A stretch of DNA of 64,000 nt, taken from positions 928,001 to 992,000 of the forward strand of contig CAVYQE010000001.1 in the NCBI GenBank assembly GCA_963770565.1. Reading direction: 5' to 3'. Within the stretch, counting starts at the first letter, position 1. Every line of letters begins with the position of its first letter. Source of the DNA: an uncultured Actinomycetota bacterium (GTDB lineage Bacteria; Actinomycetota; Actinomycetes; JAFAQI01). The notes under the pieces were generated by a model, which was not told where the DNA came from, ran no database searches, and saw only the letters and a program-made list of their open reading frames with translations. Both the position numbers and the translations under genes were made by a program. Positions 59,641-64,000 of this stretch are shown here, one piece after another.

Positions 59641-60885
59641 TTACAAGGAGTCCCGCTGGATCGGGCAGGTCATGCACCGAGGGCCTCCGCGGCCGCGGCC
59701 GAGCTCGCTGCCCGCCACCGAAACCACCTCGATGCCGTGTTTGCGCAGCATCGTATTGGTTGCGACGTTGCGCTCGTACCCGAACGCCACTCCGGGGGCG
59801 ACCGCGAGGAAGTTCGTGCCGTCGTCCCACTGCTCCCGCTCCGCGGCACGGACGTCTTCGTCGGTCGTCAGGACAGTGACCTTGTCGACATCGAGCACCT
59901 CGGCGAGGGTCGACCACAGATCGTCGTTCCGGGCGACGTGCAGCCCGGTGGGGTCGTCGGCCCGGGTGATGGTCCAGGACCGTGGCTTGCGGGTGAAGTA
60001 TGGGTAGAGCACGAAGGTCGATCGGTCGATCATCGTCATCGCCGTGTCGAGGTGCATCATCGCGTGCGACTTCGGCAGCTCGACCGCGATCACGGTGTCG
60101 GCTTGATCGTTGTCGAAGAGGGACCGGGTGAGAATCTCGGCTGCCATCGCGGTAGTTCGCTCGCCCATCCCGATCATCACGGCTCGGTGTCCAAGGACGT
60201 GGACATCGCCGCCCTCGATCGATGCGGGAAGGTGCGGGAGGTCGTCGTCACCGTAGTAGACGATGAAGTCGCGATCGGCGAACAGCGGGTGGTAGCGGTA
60301 GATCGCCCGGCTGTTCAGGGTTTCGCGCTGACGGGCGGGCTTGGCCATCGGGTTGATCGACACCCCGCCGTAGACCCAGCACGAGTTGTCCCGTTGAAAG
60401 AGGTGATTTGGCAACGGGGTCAGCACGAAGTCGTCCTCGCTCAGGGTGTCCCAGTGGAGGGAGTGCATCCGCAGCGGCTGGAGGTCGGCCTTCAACACGC
60501 CACCGACCAGGAAGTCGGCCAGCGTGCGACCGTCGAGGTCGTCGAACAACTGGCGGACCGGCTTGAGGAGAGATGGGCCCAGCGTCTCGGGCGTGCACAG
60601 CCGGTCGAGAACGAACTGCCGCGCGGCCGGGATCTCCAGCGTCTCGCCGAGCAGCTGGCCGAAGTAGTGCACCTCCACGCCGTGCTCGCGAAGCGATTCA
60701 GCGAAAGCGTCGTGCTCTTCCTTCGCTCTGGAAGCCCACAGCACGTCGTCGAAGAGCAGCTCACCGATGTTCTGAGGGGTGAGCCGGGACAGTTCGAGAC
60801 CCGGGCGATGCAGGATCGCCTGTCGGAGCTGACCCACTTCGGATCCGACGAACCATCGGTTGTCGACGCTCTTGACGGGGAGCAT
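59641..60885 (-). CDS. arcA: Arginine deiminase
   Basis: [40 protein letters not shown]; GGAGG RBS before ATG 60885. Confidence 0.96.
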   Translation of the reverse strand: MLPVKSVDNRWFVGSEVGQLRQAILHRPGLELSRLTPQNIGELLFDDVLWASRAKEEHDAFAESLREHGVEVHYFGQLLGETLEIPAARQFVLDRLCTPETLGPSLLKPVRQLFDDLDGRTLADFLVGGVLKADLQPLRMHSLHWDTLSEDDFVLTPLPNHLFQRDNSCWVYGGVSINPMAKPARQRETLNSRAIYRYHPLFADRDFIVYYGDDDLPHLPASIEGGDVHVLGHRAVMIGMGERTTAMAAEILTRSLFDNDQADTVIAVELPKSHAMMHLDTAMTMIDRSTFVLYPYFTRKPRSWTITRADDPTGLHVARNDDLWSTLAEVLDVDKVTVLTTDEDVRAAEREQWDDGTNFLAVAPGVAFGYERNVATNTMLRKHGIEVVSVAGSELGRGRGGPRCMTCPIQRDSL

Positions 60886-60970
60886 TTTCGCCTCCAGTGA
60901 TCGGCGTCGGACATCTACCGGCGCGCAACATCTTTCGGTCTTCAGCGTGCGTCGGATCCCGTTGGCACGG

Positions 60971-61082
60971 TAGGGGCTTCGGTCCCAACCCGCGCGGGGC
61001 TTTCGGCGGTGCAGGCGTGGGCGTGCCGATCGGCGGTCCGGAGGGCGACCAACGGCCCATGCAGACAGGACCTCCTGCCCTG
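60971..61082. promoter_or_regulatory. Two pairs of DosR-like boxes in the arcA/arcD divergent promoter
   Basis: TTGGGACCGAAGCCCCTA (reverse complement of 60971-60988) with a weaker site at 60993; second pair at 61043 and 61065; each pair 22 bp apart. Confidence 0.6.
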
Positions 61083-61167
61083 TTTCCACCTGGCGAGTTT
61101 CCGGAGCATGGATGGTGACAGATCTAACGGATGCACCAACGAGGGAAAGTAGGGGTGGGTGGGTCTC

Positions 61168-62634
61168 ATGGCCGACACCGTGGTTCGCACAGAACGACCA
61201 ACCGGCGCAGTCGCGTCGGAGCCAAAGGGTTCAAAGGAATCGGTGGCCACCCAGCGAGCCCGCGCCTTAGGGCTTCCATCCGCCACCGCGTTGGTGGTCG
61301 GAAGCATCATCGGTACTGGTGTGTTCACGATGCCTGCTGTGATGGCGGGCGCGGGCACCAGTTCACTGCTGACCCTCGGCGTCGTTGCCGTCGGAGCCGT
61401 GCTGCTCGGCACCATGTTCGGTCAGCTCACTAAGCGGATCCCGAACAACGACGGCGGGCTTTACGCCTACGCCCGGCACGAGTTCGGTGACTTCGCCGGT
61501 TACCTGACCGCGTGGTGCTACTGGATCACCGCTTGGGCCGGCAACGCAGCAATCGTGTCCTCCTGGGTCTTCTACGTCGAGTCGTTCTTCTCGATCACGA
61601 ACCCGTCCGCATGGACGAACTTCGGGATCGCCATGACCGGCCTTTGGATCCCGGCGGCCATCAACCTGGTCGGCATCCGGCAGATGGCGTGGTTCCAGAA
61701 CCTCACCGTGATCCTGAAGTTCCTGCCGCTCGTGCTGATCGGCGTGGTCGGCTGGTTCTTCGTCTCCGCGTCCAACTTCGGTCCGTTCAACGCCACCGGC
61801 GGAAGCCTTTACAGCGGCGTCGGCATCGCGGCCGGTGTGGCGCTGTTCTCCTTCATCGGTGTCGAGTGCGCCTCGATCGCTGCGGGCCGGGTCAAGGACC
61901 CGCGCCGCAACGTCGGCCGTGCCTCGGTTCTCGGTACCGCGGCCAGCGCGCTGCTGTACATGTTGGTCACCGCAGTCGTGATGGGGCTGGTGTCACACCA
62001 CAGCCTGAGCGGCAACGGCGCTCCGTTCGTCAACGCCTTCCAGACGATGTTCGGTCACGCCCAATGGGTCGGGAAGCTCGTTGCCGGCACCGCGGTCGTC
62101 TCCGGTATCGGTGCTCTCAACGGCTGGACGATGGTCACGGCCGAGATGCCGTGGGCAGCCGCCAAGGACGGTCTGTTCCTGCCGCAGTTCGCCAAGGTGA
62201 ACCGCGACGGCACCCCGTGGTTCGGCATCCTGGTCTCGACCTTCGTCGCCTCTGCGCTGATGGCTTTCGCCTACAGCGGCAACACCGGCCTGAAGGTCTT
62301 CACCTACCTGGTCGACCTGTCGGTCGTCACGGTCGCGATCCCGTACTTCTTCTCGGCTTGCGCCCAGCTCGCCTACCTGGTGTCCCGCCGCCGCAAGGTC
62401 GTCGGTGTGGTGCTGGTCCGTGACCTGGCCATCGCTGGAGCGAGCGTGCTGTTCTCGCTCTGGGTGACCTTCGCCGCCGGCTACCAGGCCGTCTACCAGG
62501 CAATGCTGCTGGTGCTCGTCGGCCTGCCGATCTACGCCTTCCTGAAGGCTCGCCGTGAGCGGATGGGAGACGCGGAGGAACCGGTCGAGGCGCCAAGCGA
62601 CCTCACCGGAGTTCCACAGGCAGTCACCAACTGA
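61168..62634 (+). CDS. APC-family amino acid permease (ArcD-like arginine/ornithine antiporter)
   Basis: [23 protein letters not shown], about 12 TM helices; divergent from arcA. Confidence 0.88.
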   Translation: MADTVVRTERPTGAVASEPKGSKESVATQRARALGLPSATALVVGSIIGTGVFTMPAVMAGAGTSSLLTLGVVAVGAVLLGTMFGQLTKRIPNNDGGLYAYARHEFGDFAGYLTAWCYWITAWAGNAAIVSSWVFYVESFFSITNPSAWTNFGIAMTGLWIPAAINLVGIRQMAWFQNLTVILKFLPLVLIGVVGWFFVSASNFGPFNATGGSLYSGVGIAAGVALFSFIGVECASIAAGRVKDPRRNVGRASVLGTAASALLYMLVTAVVMGLVSHHSLSGNGAPFVNAFQTMFGHAQWVGKLVAGTAVVSGIGALNGWTMVTAEMPWAAAKDGLFLPQFAKVNRDGTPWFGILVSTFVASALMAFAYSGNTGLKVFTYLVDLSVVTVAIPYFFSACAQLAYLVSRRRKVVGVVLVRDLAIAGASVLFSLWVTFAAGYQAVYQAMLLVLVGLPIYAFLKARRERMGDAEEPVEAPSDLTGVPQAVTN

Positions 62635-62709
62635 GCGAAATGGAGGGCCGGCGACCAGGGCGAACAACCTGGTTGCCGGCCATTTGCTACGTAATGATCG
62701 GGAGTTGAC

Positions 62710-63483
62710 ATGACCAAAGCATTGGTACGCCGGCCCGGCCCCCGGCTCGACGAGGGAATCGTCACGCATATCGCGAGGAGTCCGGTCGACCTGACCCTGG
62801 CCCAGCGGCAGTGGAGCGACTACGTCGCCACGATGGGAAGCGCCGGCTGGGAGACCATCGAGGTTCCTGAGGCGGTCGACTGCCCGGACGCAGTCTTCGT
62901 CGAGGACACGGTCGTCGTTTACAAGAACGTTGCGGTGATCACCCGCCCGGGCGCCGACGCGCGCAAGCCGGAGGTGGCAGACACCGAGAAGATGGTCGAG
63001 GCGCTCGGCTACTCGGTCAACCGGATCCGCCCCCCGGGCACGCTCGACGGCGGCGATGTGTTGAAGGTCGGGGACACCATCTATGTCGGGCGGGGTGGCC
63101 GGACCAACGGCGAGGGTATCCGCCAGTTCCGCGAGCTCCTCGAGCCGCTGGGCGCCAACGTGATCGCGGTCCCGATCACCAAGGTCCTGCACCTGAAGTC
63201 AGCGGTCACCGCACTTCCGGACGGCTCGATCGTCGGCTACCCCCCGCTCGTCGACGACGCGACCTTCTACCCGCACTTCCGCGCGGTCCCGGAGGAGTCC
63301 GGTGCGCACGTGGTCCTGCTGGGTGGCAACCGGCTGCTCATGGCCGCAGACTGCCCGGCCAGTGCCGAGCTCTACACCGACCTCGGATACGAGCCGGTCA
63401 TCGTCGACATCAGCGAGTTCCAGAAGCTCGAGGGCTGCGTCACCTGCCTGTCGGTCCGCCTACGCGGACTGCCCGGCGCCTGA
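62710..63483 (+). CDS. ddaH: Dimethylarginine dimethylaminohydrolase
   Basis: [37 protein letters not shown]. Confidence 0.92.
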   Translation: MTKALVRRPGPRLDEGIVTHIARSPVDLTLAQRQWSDYVATMGSAGWETIEVPEAVDCPDAVFVEDTVVVYKNVAVITRPGADARKPEVADTEKMVEALGYSVNRIRPPGTLDGGDVLKVGDTIYVGRGGRTNGEGIRQFRELLEPLGANVIAVPITKVLHLKSAVTALPDGSIVGYPPLVDDATFYPHFRAVPEESGAHVVLLGGNRLLMAADCPASAELYTDLGYEPVIVDISEFQKLEGCVTCLSVRLRGLPGA

Positions 63484-64000
63484 GCCCTCGTCGGCGAGCA
63501 GGACAGCGGCACCGTCGACCTGGTCGTGGGCCAGGTCGCGCAGCGCCTGATTGGCCGCCGCCAGCGGATAAGCGGTGGTGGTGACGGCAAGGCCAAGCCG
63601 GGCGGCGAGGGCGAGAAACTCCTCGCCGTCGCGGCGGGTGTTGGCGGTGACGCTCCGCATCGACCGCTCCTCGAACAGGTGCTCGGCGTAGTCGAGCACC
63701 GGGATATCGCTGAGGTGGATGCCGGCGATTGCGAGGGTCCCGCCGCGGTCGAGTGCCGCGAGGCAGGCCGGCACGATCGTGCCAGCAGGCGCGAACAGGA
63801 TCGCGGCGTCGAGCGGCTCCGGCGGCGGGTCTGCGGCGCCCGTCGCTGAGTCGACACCGAGGTCGAGGGCAAGTCGCTGGCCGGCCTCCGACCTGGTCAT
63901 CACGTGCACCCTGGCCCCTTGATGCAGCGCGATTTGCGCGGTGAGGTGCGCCGAGGCGCCGAAGCCGTAGATCCCGAGCCGGCCGGCGGGCGGGAGATCA
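63460..64000 (-). CDS. Zinc-binding alcohol dehydrogenase family protein (5' part outside window)
   Basis: [11 protein letters not shown] Rossmann motif, [26 protein letters not shown]. Confidence 0.85.
   Translation of the reverse strand, partial: DLPPAGRLGIYGFGASAHLTAQIALHQGARVHVMTRSEAGQRLALDLGVDSATGAADPPPEPLDAAILFAPAGTIVPACLAALDRGGTLAIAGIHLSDIPVLDYAEHLFEERSMRSVTANTRRDGEEFLALAARLGLAVTTTAYPLAAANQALRDLAHDQVDGAAVLLADEGSGAGQSA

Overview
High-GC actinobacterial chromosome segment. In order: the end of a secreted repeat protein; a DeoR-regulated amino-sugar/tagatose catabolic cluster (MsiK, class II aldolase, two PfkB kinases, AgaS-like SIS protein, GH4 glycosidase, ABC transporter, secreted beta-helix enzyme); an intact IS630; small and secreted proteins (CHAP, Ig/carboxypeptidase-like, Gly/Thr-rich repeat protein); a Tad/Flp pilus operon; the core block prfB-ftsE-ftsX-smpB-amidohydrolase-permease-ssrA; a 14.6 kb element integrated in the tmRNA 3' end (37-bp att repeats, tyrosine integrase, Xis, XRE repressor, two toxin-antitoxin pairs, MobF relaxase-helicase, SMI1/KNR4 protein, ECF sigma, two IS110 elements with structured non-coding ends); and a DosR-type hypoxia region (two USPs, PAS hybrid kinase, REC-EAL, kinase-less HisKA_3 protein, DosR-like regulator, BON) next to arcABC, arcD and ddaH. 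Many island genes carry frameshifts, which may be decay or consensus errors. All calls come from motif recognition by eye; no searches were run.
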